NCBI GenBank assembly: GCA_963815325.1 | Contig: CAWFGG010000001.1 | Span: forward strand, 304,130-368,129 | Reading direction: 5' to 3' | From: an uncultured Gemmatimonadales bacterium | GTDB lineage: Bacteria; Gemmatimonadota; Gemmatimonadetes; Gemmatimonadales; GWC2-71-9 | DNA length: 64,000 nt | Shown: in pieces, positions 1-8,787 of the stretch | Layout of the letters: the number at the start of each line of letters is the position of its first letter | Numbering within the stretch: the stretch's first letter is position 1 | Notes under the pieces: generated by a model | Seen by the model: the letters and a program-made list of their open reading frames with translations, nothing else | What the model was told of the DNA's origin: nothing | The model's database searches: none | Made by a program: the position numbers and the translations under genes

Positions 1-152
1 GACGAAATCGACTTCGAACCGTTGCATCAGATTCAAGATGTCCTGCTTGCCCGCGCCGGTCAGATCGGTGGGAAAGCCATTGAGAATTGGGCGGCCGGTC
101 CGCCCGGTGGCCACGCTGGGTCCCGATTCGGTGCCACGTCCTTCGTGCGTCA
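1..152 (-). CDS. 5' end of a hypothetical protein (partial, continues past the left edge)
   Basis: A reverse-strand ATG at 150-152 opens a frame reading MTHEGRGTESGPSVATGRTGRPILNGFPTDLTGAGKQDILNLMQRFEVDFV, with no stop before the window edge. It is too short for the ORF track. No family recognised. Confidence 0.3.
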
Positions 153-354
153 TCGCGGTCTCTGGGTAGGAGTTCTGAGGTTGGGCGGGGATGCTCCCCA
201 GCCAAGCGGCGAACAGATTAATGGCGTACGTCAGAATTTGCAAACTACGTCGCATTTGTGGTGCCACAAAAGCAAGGAAACGTCAATATATGCAAAAGTG
301 TGCATGAGAAAGCGCGGAAGATGCAGGAATGTCTGGTCGAGAGGGCGGGAGGTC

Positions 355-690
355 GGGATGTCGGGAGGGCGGTAGGGCGGTAGGGCGGTAGGGCGGCTGG
401 GAGAGACCAATAGCGGGGGGTGGGGCGCGGGGTGGTAGCCGATAGCGGGGAGAGGGGCGGATCGGCGGATTCGGCGGTTCGGCGGTTGGGAGAGACCGAT
501 AGCGGGGGGTAGGGCACTGGGTGGTAGCAGATAGCGGGGGGAGGGGCGGATCGGCGGATTCGGCGGTTCGGCGGTTCGGCGGCTGGGAGAGACCGATAGC
601 GGGGGGTGGGGCGCGGGGTGGTAGCCGATAGCGGGGTGCGGGGCGGCTGGGCGGTAGCCGATAGCGGGCGGAAGGGAGTGGAGCGGGGAC
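355..690. repeat. Nested G-rich tandem repeat array (three ~90-97 bp units plus short internal repeats)
   Basis: The unit core GGGAGAGACC(A/G)ATAGCGGGGGGT(G/A)GGGC...GGTGGTAGC(C/A)GATAGCGGGG starts at 399, 488 and 585. The first two copies are followed by AGGGGCGGATCGGCGGATTCGGCGGTTCGGCGGTT. (GGTAGGGC)x3 lies at 371-394. GATAGCGGGG and CGGCGGTT recur throughout the array. Confidence 0.9.
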
Positions 691-965
691 TAGCCTAGAC
701 TCTCCAGCACCCGCCAGAGTTCGAGCGGGCTGAAATCGTTGAAGCGGTTGATAATCTCCTGCTCACTCCACTCGAGGAAGATCCACCCGGTGGTCCGCAC
801 GGCGGCGTCGGACAGAAAGTGGAGCCGACCCGCCACGGTGTCGCCGTGGTGCCGAGTTTCGAGATACACGCCCCACGACACGTCGCTGCGCGCCAAGTCT
901 CCCAGGTGCCTCGCGGAGGGCGCTTCCGACAGTTGGCCTGAGCTGGACAAACGTGATGGCTCCAT
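690..965 (-). CDS. Hypothetical protein (start uncertain; the open frame extends to 1199)
   Basis: The C-terminal ~90 aa of ORF 690..1199 (MEPSRLSSSGQLSEAPSARHLGDLARSDVSWGVYLETRHHGDTVAGRLHFLSDAAVRTTGWIFLEWSEQEIINRFNDFSPLELWRVLESLG) has protein-like composition. The full ORF would overlap the mqnD-like start at 1175, so the internal Met at 965 is used as a minimal call. Confidence 0.4.
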   Translation of the reverse strand: MEPSRLSSSGQLSEAPSARHLGDLARSDVSWGVYLETRHHGDTVAGRLHFLSDAAVRTTGWIFLEWSEQEIINRFNDFSPLELWRVLESLG

Positions 966-1174
966 GCAGATCTCCCCAGAACACTGCCGGTCCGCTATCA
1001 CGGTAATGAGTCCTGGCGAACAACGCCAGCGTTGGCGTTCTTCGCCGGTGGGATGGGTGTAGATTTCCGGCTCGGACGCGACCCGCTGGGGCGGGCGGAG
1101 CCGGTCCGGGCACTCACAGCGGCCAGCCGAGGAGGGTTGCGCCGGGAGGCTACGACCCTGAACCCGTCGATTCC

Positions 1175-2017
1175 ATGACCCGAACAATACACGTCGCACA
1201 CAGTCCGGACTCCGACGACGCCTTCATGTTCTTCGCCCTCACCGAAGGAAAGATCGATACCGGTGACCGGCGATACGTGCACGAGCTCTCCGATATCGAA
1301 TCGCTCAACGCCCGCGCGCTCCGAGGCGAGTTGGAGGTTTCGGCGGTTTCGATTCACGCGTATGCGTACATCGCCGATCGCTACGCACTGCTGGCGAGTG
1401 GCTGCTCCATGGGCGATGGTTATGGCCCTCGATTGGTCTCGCGGCACCCCAAGCCCGAGGATCCCGTGGCCGCGTTGCGGGGACTGCGAGTGGCCGTGCC
1501 GGGTAGGCTCACCACTGCCTATCTCGCGCTGAAGCTGTTTCAACCGGACGTGGTCGAGGTGGTGCTTCCGTTTGACCAGATCGAAGCAGCGGTCCGCGAC
1601 GGGACCGTGGACGTGGGCCTGGTGATCCATGAAGGCCAGCTCACCTACGCGGACGAGGGATTCACCCTCTGGGGCGACCTCGGTGCTTGGTGGCTAAGCA
1701 AGACGGGGCTCCCGCTCCCGCTCGGAGGCAACGTCGTCCGGCGAGACCTCGGCCCGGAATTGGTGTCCCAGATTGCCGCCGATCTCCGCCGCAGCATTGA
1801 ATTTGGGCTCGCACATCGCCAGACCGCTCTCGCATATGCCAAGCGTTTCAACCGGGGAATCGGGGATGACCGGACCGACGCCTTCGTGGGCATGTATGTC
1901 AATGAATGGACGGTCGATTACGGGCCGCGGGGGAGGGAGGCCGTACGCACATTGCTCGAGCGCGGCGCGGAATCCGGCATCATCCCTGCAGCAGTAGAGG
2001 TGGCTTTCGCTGGGTAA
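1175..2017 (+). CDS. mqnD: Menaquinone (futalosine pathway) MqnA/MqnD-family protein, MqnD-like (1,4-dihydroxy-6-naphthoate synthase)
   Basis: The N-terminus HSPDSDDAFMFFALTEGKID...DIESLNARALRGELEVSAVSIHAYAYIADRYALLASGCSMGDGYGPRLVS follows the MqnD pattern (SPCPND-TF-F-AL ... D-E-LN ... G-GP). Confidence 0.7.
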   Translation: MTRTIHVAHSPDSDDAFMFFALTEGKIDTGDRRYVHELSDIESLNARALRGELEVSAVSIHAYAYIADRYALLASGCSMGDGYGPRLVSRHPKPEDPVAALRGLRVAVPGRLTTAYLALKLFQPDVVEVVLPFDQIEAAVRDGTVDVGLVIHEGQLTYADEGFTLWGDLGAWWLSKTGLPLPLGGNVVRRDLGPELVSQIAADLRRSIEFGLAHRQTALAYAKRFNRGIGDDRTDAFVGMYVNEWTVDYGPRGREAVRTLLERGAESGIIPAAVEVAFAG

Positions 2018-2173
2018 CGGGGCCTGGGGCACCCGGGAGACCCTCCCACAGGGGTCCTGGGGTGGCCGAGGCAGAGTCTGCCGTGGCGGTCCTGTGACTG
2101 GCCTTGGCCGCCCGTAGTGGGCCGGAAACTCGTTCCGGCACCGGAAGCAAGCCCGAACACTTGAGGAGATCCC

Positions 2174-3220
2174 GTGTCCGACAATGACGGGGCGCTGACC
2201 CTGTTGGTCGTGGATGACGAGGAGTCGATTCGAAGCGCCTTGAATCGATTCCTCTCCCAGCAGGGGTATCGGGTTCTCACCGCTGAGTCCGGCGAGGAGG
2301 CCCTGGAAATCCTCGCGCACGAATCCATCGATGCCGCGTTGCTCGACGTCCGACTGCCGGGCATCAGCGGGATCGACCTCGTGCCCAGGGTCGTCGAGGC
2401 GGGGCCGCATATTGCCATCCTCATGTTGACGGCAGTCAATGACGCAACGACCGCCAGTCTGTGCATGCAGCGTGGGGCGATGGAGTATCTCACCAAGCCG
2501 ATCGACCTCAAGGATCTCGATCGGGCGATCCGGCGAGCGCTCGAGCGCCGCGAGTCATCGCGCCAGTCGACTGAGCTCAGCGAGTTTTTCCGAGAAGAGG
2601 GCGCGCGCCGCACCTCGGAGTTGGAGCGGGTCTCCGTGGCCACGCTCGAGGTACTCGTGAACGCGCTCGAAGCCAAGGATTCGTACTCCCGCGGGCACTC
2701 GGCTCGCGTAGCCGATCTGTCGGCCATGGTCGCCGCCGAGCTGGGGCTACCAGATGAAGAGGTCGAGCGGGTCCGTACGGCCGGGCGGCTCCACGACATC
2801 GGAAAGATCGGTGTCCGGGAAGACATCTTCCTCAAACAGGGTCCGCTCACCAAACATGAATACGAGCTCGTGAAGCAGCATGTCGTGATCGGATCACAGA
2901 TCCTCGCCCCGCTGGCCCATCTCCGGGACATCTGCGATTCCGTACTCCATCACCACGAGCGCTGGGACGGCGGCGGGTACCCGGACGGGATCAAAGGGGA
3001 GGACATCCCGGTGGGCGCCCGCATCATCGGGGCCGTGGAAATCTTCGATGCGCTCACGACCTCCCGCCCGTACCAAGAGAAGATGTCCACGGAGTTTGCG
3101 GTCGAGCGGCTGCGCGACCTCATGGGCACCGCGGTGGAGCCTCGGATCTACTTGGCCCTCGAGGCCGTGGTTGGACGCCGCCGGACGCTGGTGTTTCTCG
3201 AAGATGACGGGAGGGGTTAG
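2174..3220 (+). CDS. Response regulator with HD-GYP output domain (putative c-di-GMP phosphodiesterase)
   Basis: REC domain (LLVVDDEESIR...LLDVRLPGISG...LTKP) followed by HD-GYP motifs (HSARVA, RLHDIGKIGV, HHERWDGGGYPDG). GTG start with a GAGGAG Shine-Dalgarno sequence upstream. Confidence 0.9.
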   Translation: MSDNDGALTLLVVDDEESIRSALNRFLSQQGYRVLTAESGEEALEILAHESIDAALLDVRLPGISGIDLVPRVVEAGPHIAILMLTAVNDATTASLCMQRGAMEYLTKPIDLKDLDRAIRRALERRESSRQSTELSEFFREEGARRTSELERVSVATLEVLVNALEAKDSYSRGHSARVADLSAMVAAELGLPDEEVERVRTAGRLHDIGKIGVREDIFLKQGPLTKHEYELVKQHVVIGSQILAPLAHLRDICDSVLHHHERWDGGGYPDGIKGEDIPVGARIIGAVEIFDALTTSRPYQEKMSTEFAVERLRDLMGTAVEPRIYLALEAVVGRRRTLVFLEDDGRG

Positions 3221-3253
3221 CAGCCACCGCCCTCTACCCGCCGGCCCCGGCTC

Positions 3254-4300
3254 GTGAAGTCTGACCGCAGCAGGGTCCGGATTCTGATCGCGGACGACGA
3301 TCCCGCCATCGTCCGCCTGATGTCGTTGGCCCTCACGCGCAACGGTTTCTCCACGCCACTCGAAGTCTCCACCGGTCAGGCCGCGCTCGCCGCTGCGGAC
3401 CAGGCGGACATTCTGCTGCTGGACTACCGGCTTCCGGATCTCTCGGGTATCGACGTTCTCGAGCAGCTTCAGCACGACCCTCACGCCCCATCGGTAGTGC
3501 TCGTTACCGCGCACGGCGGCGAGCACGTCGCCGCCGGGGCCCTCCGCCTCGGCGCCGAGGATTACCTCACCAAGGACGCCGCCCTGGCAGACCTGCTCCC
3601 CGAAGTGGTCGAGCGGGTGCGGCGCACCCGAGCGCTTCGGGCCGCCCTGGCCGACGCCGAGCACGAGCTGATGCTCGCAGCCCGCCGCGAGGCAATCGGT
3701 GAGATGACGGTGACCCTGCACCACGAGATCAACAACCCGCTCATGACGGCGTTTGCCGAGGTCTCGATCCTGCTGTCGGACGATCAGCTACCGGCTCACT
3801 ATCGCGCCGGTCTCGAGGAGCTGAAGGCGGCGCTCGAGCGCATTCGAGACATCATGCGGCGGGCGGGAGACCTCCAGGCGGCAGAGGCGGTCGAGTACGT
3901 GCACGGGATTTCCATGATGGATCTGTCGGCCCTCCCCGAATCATCCCAAACTCTCGGAAACGCGGTGGTGTACCTCGAGAGTCCATCCCTCGCCCGGATC
4001 GCGGAGCTCCTCATCCGCCGAGCGGGCTACACGGTCGATCGGGTCGGCTCCGTCGAGCAACTCGCACAACACGCGAGCGATGGAAATGCCGCAGTCGTTG
4101 TGGTGGCTGACGTAACCTGGAAGGCAGGAGGTACCTGGCTCAGTCGCCGGCAGGAAGGCAACCGGAGCTGTCGGGTGGTTGTGCTCGCGGCGGACGACGG
4201 TCGGCTGGCGCGCGAAGCGGGGGCAGACGCCGTGTTCTCTCTCCCCTTTGATCCGGCCGCGTTCGTCGAGCAGCTCGCCGCACTCAGCCAGGCTCCCTAG
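3254..4300 (+). CDS. REC - HisKA-like DHp (H-box) - REC-like protein without an ATPase domain
   Basis: N-terminal receiver (RILIADDDPAIV...LLLDYRLPDLSG...YLTKD), then the H-box TLHHEINNPLMTAFAE, then a C-terminal receiver-like segment (AVVYLESPSL...VVVVADV...VVVLAADD). I could not find N, G1 or G2 ATP-binding boxes. Confidence 0.75.
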   Translation: MKSDRSRVRILIADDDPAIVRLMSLALTRNGFSTPLEVSTGQAALAAADQADILLLDYRLPDLSGIDVLEQLQHDPHAPSVVLVTAHGGEHVAAGALRLGAEDYLTKDAALADLLPEVVERVRRTRALRAALADAEHELMLAARREAIGEMTVTLHHEINNPLMTAFAEVSILLSDDQLPAHYRAGLEELKAALERIRDIMRRAGDLQAAEAVEYVHGISMMDLSALPESSQTLGNAVVYLESPSLARIAELLIRRAGYTVDRVGSVEQLAQHASDGNAAVVVVADVTWKAGGTWLSRRQEGNRSCRVVVLAADDGRLAREAGADAVFSLPFDPAAFVEQLAALSQAP

Positions 4301-5346
4301 CCGGGAGGACCGGCCGGGGGCACGGGAAGTGCGGGTGCCCCACCCTGCTTTGCAAACTGATACGACATTCCCCTGAGCCGGGCGATCCGTTGCCGGATGG
4401 GCGGGTGCGAAGCGAAGACGTCCCCAACGAATCCCTCGCGTGCAGCGATGCGACGTTCCGCCGGATCCACGATGCACAGATGCGCCGCCCCCCGCCGGAT
4501 CGAGGCCGTCGCTCCGGACGCGGCATCGAGCTTCTCCAGGGCCGACGCGAGGGCTTCGGGATTACGAGTGAACTGGGCGCCCGTTGCATCGGCCAGGAAC
4601 TCGCGCTTGCGACTGACGGTCATTGCCATGAGGCGGGAGACGATCGGTGCAACGATGAGCGTCAGCACCCACGCGATCAGCACGGCGACGGCGAGCGGAT
4701 TGCCGTCGCGGCGGCCGCCGCCCTTCCCCAATACCCGGGGCATTCGGCCAGACCCTTGAAACACGCGGCCGAGGCCGTCCGACAGGAGTGCGATCGCGCC
4801 GACCATCGCCGCCAGCACGGTCATGAGGCGGACGTCGAGGTTCCGGATGTGCGCCATCTCGTGGGCCACGACGCTCTGCAGCTCGTCTCGCTTCAACACA
4901 TCGAGGAGCCCTTGGGTCACGGCGATGTGCGCGTGGCTCACATCGATGCCCGTCGCAAAGGCATTGGGATCGGGGTCCGGCACGATCCACACCGTGGGCT
5001 TCGGCACGCCGGACGCGATGCTCATCTCCTCGACCACGTTCGCCAGTTGTCGTTGCTCGAAGGTCACCGGCGTCACCAATTCCCACGCCCCGCTCGACCA
5101 GAGCACGCGCTTGGGCCCCTGACGCCACGAGAACCATGCGAGGCTACCGGCCGCGAGCGTTGCCACGATCCCAATGATCGGCACCGTGTGTCGGTAGGCG
5201 CCGGGAGCGGCCTGCTCGGTCAGGAGATAGAGGCCGAGGTCGCCGCCAAACCCGATCCACGCAAACAACACAACGAAGCCGGCAACGAGAAGCGTCGTGG
5301 ACCGGCGGTTTGCTGCCTGTTGGCTGAAGAGATCCTGCGCCGTCAC
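4297..5346 (-). CDS. M48-family (HtpX-like) membrane zinc metallopeptidase
   Basis: N-terminal TM helices, the HEXXH motif in VVAHEMAHIRNLD, and a C-terminal FASHPPIRQRIARL typical of M48/HtpX. There is a 4-nt start/stop overlap with lemA upstream. Confidence 0.85.
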   Translation of the reverse strand: MTAQDLFSQQAANRRSTTLLVAGFVVLFAWIGFGGDLGLYLLTEQAAPGAYRHTVPIIGIVATLAAGSLAWFSWRQGPKRVLWSSGAWELVTPVTFEQRQLANVVEEMSIASGVPKPTVWIVPDPDPNAFATGIDVSHAHIAVTQGLLDVLKRDELQSVVAHEMAHIRNLDVRLMTVLAAMVGAIALLSDGLGRVFQGSGRMPRVLGKGGGRRDGNPLAVAVLIAWVLTLIVAPIVSRLMAMTVSRKREFLADATGAQFTRNPEALASALEKLDAASGATASIRRGAAHLCIVDPAERRIAAREGFVGDVFASHPPIRQRIARLRGMSYQFAKQGGAPALPVPPAGPPG

Positions 5347-5915
5347 GCAGAGGGCTTTTTCATCGACAGGTCGACGGCAGGAACAGCCCGCTCGCCTGCA
5401 TCTTCGATCTCCCAGAGGTCTGCGGGAACGGCCTTCGCCAAACCTGCCACCAGATTGGCCGGGAACTGCATTTGCTTCGTGTTGTATTGTGTGGCAACGT
5501 CGTTATACAGCTGACGCGCAAAGCCAATCTTGTTTTCCGTTGTCGTCAGCTCTTCCTGCAGTTGGGTGATGTTGGCTGTGGCCTTGAGATTGGGATACGC
5601 TTCCACCAACGCGAAGAGCTTGCCCAGCGCCTGTGTGAGCATCCCCTCGGCTTGAGCAACCTCCTTTACGCCAGACGCGTTGACGGCGCGCGAGCGCGCG
5701 GCAATGACCGCCTCCATGGTCTCCCGCTCGAACTCCATGGCCCCCTTCACCGCGTTGACCAGATTTGGAATCAGGTCGTGCCGCCGTTTGAGCTGGACGT
5801 CGATCTGCTTCCATCCGTTGAGAACCTGGTTCTTGAGCGCGATCAGGCCGTTATAGGTCGCAATGAGCCACAGAATGACGGCTGCGATCAGCACCAAGAA
5901 GATGACGGTCGGCAT
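5343..5915 (-). CDS. lemA: LemA family protein
   Basis: Single N-terminal TM helix, then YNGLIALKNQVLNGWKQIDVQLKRRHDLIPNLV...TENKIGFARQLYNDVATQYN, which is the LemA signature. It shows the classic pairing with an M48 peptidase. Confidence 0.9.
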   Translation of the reverse strand: MPTVIFLVLIAAVILWLIATYNGLIALKNQVLNGWKQIDVQLKRRHDLIPNLVNAVKGAMEFERETMEAVIAARSRAVNASGVKEVAQAEGMLTQALGKLFALVEAYPNLKATANITQLQEELTTTENKIGFARQLYNDVATQYNTKQMQFPANLVAGLAKAVPADLWEIEDAGERAVPAVDLSMKKPSA

Positions 5916-5957
5916 GGCTATCTCACTTTGTTGAGGTAAGCGCGTTCGGCTACCGGT

Positions 5958-6584
5958 TCATTCCTTCCCGGCGTCCGAGAGAAGCCGGCGGAGGGTAGCC
6001 GCTAATTCGTCGTCGCTCCATCGCCCCCGAAGGAAGGGGTGTCCCGCATCGATCAGCAATTCACAGCCCGGCGCGATCGAGATGCGCCGCACCAGTGACG
6101 CGGCAGGTTGCGCGGACGGGTTCACGGACCCGGAACTCCGCGGCGGGTCGGGAGTGGCCGGCACCCTGCGACGAGTCCAGCCAAGGGCTTCGGGATCCGG
6201 AAGCCCGGGGCCGAGGGCGGCGGCAACCCGCCGCTCAACCACGTCGCCGGCGAGCCCGGCCAACTCCTGCCGAATGGTGTCCAACGCGGCACCCTCCATC
6301 TGGCGCAACTTAATGGCCAACACCTGCAGCAGGTGCCGGTACACGTAGATAGCAGATGTGCCGCGCCCCTCGGGCGGAGAGACCAGCCCGCGCGAAATAT
6401 AGAATCGAATGGTCCGGTCGCTCGGTACGGCGCGCGCAACCGCACTCACCGGATAGACGTCGGAGGCACGGAGAATGGCGCCGGCCAAGGCCGACAATTC
6501 CCGCAGGTTCCAGGGCGCCAACCCCCGATATGCCCACAGGGTCTTCAATGGGTCACCGGTCGTAGGAGCAGGCATCGCGGTCAT
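5958..6584 (-). CDS. MerR-like HTH protein (hypothetical regulator)
   Basis: SDRTIRFYISRGLVSPPEGRGTSAIYVYRHLLQVLAIKLRQMEGAALDTIRQEL resembles the MerR wHTH plus helix. The upstream 70 codons of ORF 5958..6794 are Arg/Pro-rich and look non-coding, so the start is set at the Met at 6584 (alternative 6575). Confidence 0.5.
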   Translation of the reverse strand: MTAMPAPTTGDPLKTLWAYRGLAPWNLRELSALAGAILRASDVYPVSAVARAVPSDRTIRFYISRGLVSPPEGRGTSAIYVYRHLLQVLAIKLRQMEGAALDTIRQELAGLAGDVVERRVAAALGPGLPDPEALGWTRRRVPATPDPPRSSGSVNPSAQPAASLVRRISIAPGCELLIDAGHPFLRGRWSDDELAATLRRLLSDAGKE

Positions 6585-6781
6585 TGACGCCCCTAGCGAG
6601 GGGGCGGGAGACGCGCGGGTTTCCGGCCTGGCTGCGGCATGCGGGGGGCTCCACCGTGACGAATACGTGGGTCGATGCTGACGGCTCCGGAGAGTATGCT
6701 CCGGTGCGGCGCGTCGGGCAAGATGTCGTCGCACGCGATTTCCTGACCGGTGGCGGGTCATTGCGATGATGCTCTGCGGCC

Positions 6782-7234
6782 GTGCCAAGAGCACCTTTCG
6801 TCATGCAACACGGCATGACCCTTCCCGAGCTGACCCTCAGCATCGCGCTGCTTGGTCTCCTCACAGCCATCGCGATTCCGAAATACCAAGAAACCCTCGA
6901 TCGCGTGGCCGTCGATCGGTCGGCGTACGCATTGGTTGCCGCCCACCACCGCGCCCGGATTGCGGCCATTCTCGAGAGCCAACCGTCACTGCTTCAGTTC
7001 ACGCCCGATTCTCTCGTTATCCGCATCCGCCGCGGGTCCGGGAACTCACTCTACTGGAACGGTCCGGGCCCCGCTGCTCGGAGGGTCCAGCTGACCGGGC
7101 CAGGCAAGGCAGTGGTGTTCAGCCCAACAGGCCTCACCATGGGGTTTGCCAATGGCACCTGGGTGCTGCGGAGAGGGCAGGCCTATCGGCGGGTGGTCAC
7201 GTCCAGGCTCGGCCGTGCCCGGATTCTGCGCTAG
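6782..7234 (+). CDS. Type IV pilin-like pseudopilin, GspH/FimT-like
   Basis: Prepilin-type N-terminus MQHG|MTLPELTLSIALLGLLTAIAIP (Gly, then a hydrophobic helix with Glu at +5). The size (~140 aa) and C-terminal beta region resemble FimT/GspH minor pilins. The start could be 6782 or 6803. Confidence 0.55.
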   Translation: MPRAPFVMQHGMTLPELTLSIALLGLLTAIAIPKYQETLDRVAVDRSAYALVAAHHRARIAAILESQPSLLQFTPDSLVIRIRRGSGNSLYWNGPGPAARRVQLTGPGKAVVFSPTGLTMGFANGTWVLRRGQAYRRVVTSRLGRARILR

Positions 7235-7251
7235 ACGGACACGACCCGGAC

Positions 7252-7647
7252 TCAGCGCGGAGAGTTCCGCGCGGGCGGCTCGATCCCATATCGCCGGATC
7301 TTGTTGAGCAATGTCGACCGCGAGATCCCGAGCAGGAGCGCCGCCTGTCGACGGTTGCCCCCCGTGTGGTCCAACATCGCCGCAATGTGCCGTCGCTCGA
7401 CCGCATCCAGGGGTTCCGCACCCGGCGGAGCTGCGGGAGCCAGAGCCTGCCTGAGGCGGGGCAAGTCGAGGCCGGGATCGTGAAGGTCGATCGCGAGAAT
7501 GTCGGGTGCGCCGCCAGGCATCGGACTGGCAGCGTCCCCGAGCCGATCTATCCCCACCGCTCGATACCCTGCCTGACGCAGAGCCGCCACCAACGACGCG
7601 CGACGTGACGCGTCGGGCCCAACGACAACGATCTCGAGCGCGGTCAT
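7252..7647 (-). CDS. Small receiver-like domain fused to a Fis-type HTH (NtrC-like protein without an AAA+ module)
   Basis: The N-terminus LEIVVVGPDASRRASLVAALRQAGYRAVGI...DILAIDLHDPGLD is receiver-like. The C-terminus VERRHIAAMLDHTGGNRRQAALLLGISRSTLLNKIRRYGI is a Fis/NtrC-type HTH. At 131 aa there is no room for a sigma-54 ATPase domain. Confidence 0.6.
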   Translation of the reverse strand: MTALEIVVVGPDASRRASLVAALRQAGYRAVGIDRLGDAASPMPGGAPDILAIDLHDPGLDLPRLRQALAPAAPPGAEPLDAVERRHIAAMLDHTGGNRRQAALLLGISRSTLLNKIRRYGIEPPARNSPR

Positions 7648-7722
7648 CTGCTCAAGCTAGCGGCCGTTCGGGCTCGGAGCCACCCGGCCGGCGCCCACCA
7701 GCAGGTATTAGCTTTCGATCAT

Positions 7723-8724
7723 ATGCAGACCCGCACATCCGAGCGCTCGACCCGCCCGGCCGCCGACCTGACCCATGCTCCTCTGGGCGAACGCGTCCAA
7801 GAACCGTTTGTCGTCGTCGCGGTCGATCACCGCGGAATCGATGAGCCGTTTACGGTGCTTACTCTCGGCAACCGCACAGGACGGATCGAGACGGCCCCGT
7901 TTTGGCTGAAGGACCTGCCTCGTGTGACCGGCATCGTGAAGGGCGACGTGGTCCAGGTCATCGGAGAGATCGCCTCGTATCACGACCGGCGACAGCTCAA
8001 GGTCAGTTCACTTCGCGTGCTGCCGAAAGACATGGTCGACTGGTCCGACCTGCTGCCGTCGATCGGGGATACTGGTCCCTATTGGGATGCGGCGGATCGG
8101 TGGCGGTCGAAGATCGTCCGCCCCAGGCTGCGGGCGGTGATCGACCTGTTCTTCTCGGACCCGGAGTTTCGCCAACGCTTCGAAGCCTGCCCCGCGAGCC
8201 TCAACGAGCACTATGCCGCCCAGGGCGGGGTGCTGGTGCATACGGTGGAGGTGGCGAGGATTGCCCGGACCATTGCCCGGGTGTGCCATGCCGAAGTCGA
8301 TGTGGCCGTGGCCGGGGCCTTGCTTCACGATATCGGAAAGACCGAGGCCTACCGCTGGTCGGGAGGATTCGATCTCTCCGAGCGCGGGGCGTTGCACGGC
8401 CCACAAGTGCTTGGAGCGGAGTTGCTCGCTCAGCGGGTCCGGTCCGTCACGGCACCGGCCTGCACCGATCACGAACTGGCTCTGCTGCAGCACCTGGTGC
8501 TTGCGCAGGCGGATACGCGTCCGCATCGCTCTCCCGTGGCTCCGGCAACCCTCGAGGCCTTGGTCATCCATCACGCAGACCGAGCCAGTGCCCAAACCGC
8601 AGGGCTCGCCAAGGCGCCCCCTTTGGGGACGGGCGCGCCGGGCGATCTCTTGATCACATTGGCGAACGTCCGAGGCCCCGACGGGCAGCAGGTGTTTCGA
8701 GGGGCCAGCGATTGGGGGGCGTAG
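7723..8724 (+). CDS. OB-fold plus HD-domain phosphohydrolase, YhaM-like 3'-5' exoribonuclease family
   Basis: N-terminal OB-like segment (FVVVAVDHRGIDEPFTVLTLGNRTGRIE...GDVVQVIGEIASYHDRRQLKV), then an HD domain (GGVLVHTVEV...ALLHDIGK...HHADRASA). Confidence 0.7.
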   Translation: MQTRTSERSTRPAADLTHAPLGERVQEPFVVVAVDHRGIDEPFTVLTLGNRTGRIETAPFWLKDLPRVTGIVKGDVVQVIGEIASYHDRRQLKVSSLRVLPKDMVDWSDLLPSIGDTGPYWDAADRWRSKIVRPRLRAVIDLFFSDPEFRQRFEACPASLNEHYAAQGGVLVHTVEVARIARTIARVCHAEVDVAVAGALLHDIGKTEAYRWSGGFDLSERGALHGPQVLGAELLAQRVRSVTAPACTDHELALLQHLVLAQADTRPHRSPVAPATLEALVIHHADRASAQTAGLAKAPPLGTGAPGDLLITLANVRGPDGQQVFRGASDWGA

Positions 8725-8750
8725 GTCCGCATGGAACCAGATACAAAAGA

Positions 8751-8787
8751 GGGACGGCCGTCTGGCTCTTCACCAAACGACCGTCCC
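8751..8787 (+). terminator. Hairpin downstream of the yhaM-like gene (possible terminator)
   Basis: GGGACGGCCGT (8751-8761) pairs with ACGACCGTCCC (8777-8787) with one mismatch in 11 bp. It starts 27 nt after the TAG at 8722-8724. There is no clear U-tract. Confidence 0.3.

Noticed and set aside
22-517. Track ORFs 22..375 (+) and 245..517 (-) as genes
   Set aside because: Both run into or through the G-rich repeat and have Gly/Arg- or Pro-rich low-complexity translations. The only plausible coding signal here is the short minus-strand 5' end at 1-152.
355-690. Possible CRISPR array, because of regularly recurring GATAGCGGGG-containing units
   Set aside because: The units are contiguous and degenerate, with nested sub-repeats. 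There are no unique spacers of constant length, and no cas genes or leader. It is a tandem repeat, not a CRISPR array.
1918-2931. A 337-aa minus-strand ORF opposite the HD-GYP regulator. Similar long antisense or off-frame ORFs occur at 20817..22421, 25530..26789, 29549..30760, 38050..39576, 39887..41092 and 43896..45404.
   Set aside because: Each overlaps a gene with clear family signatures on the other strand or frame, and each has Arg/Ser/Pro/Gly-skewed composition. These are typical shadow ORFs of GC-rich DNA.
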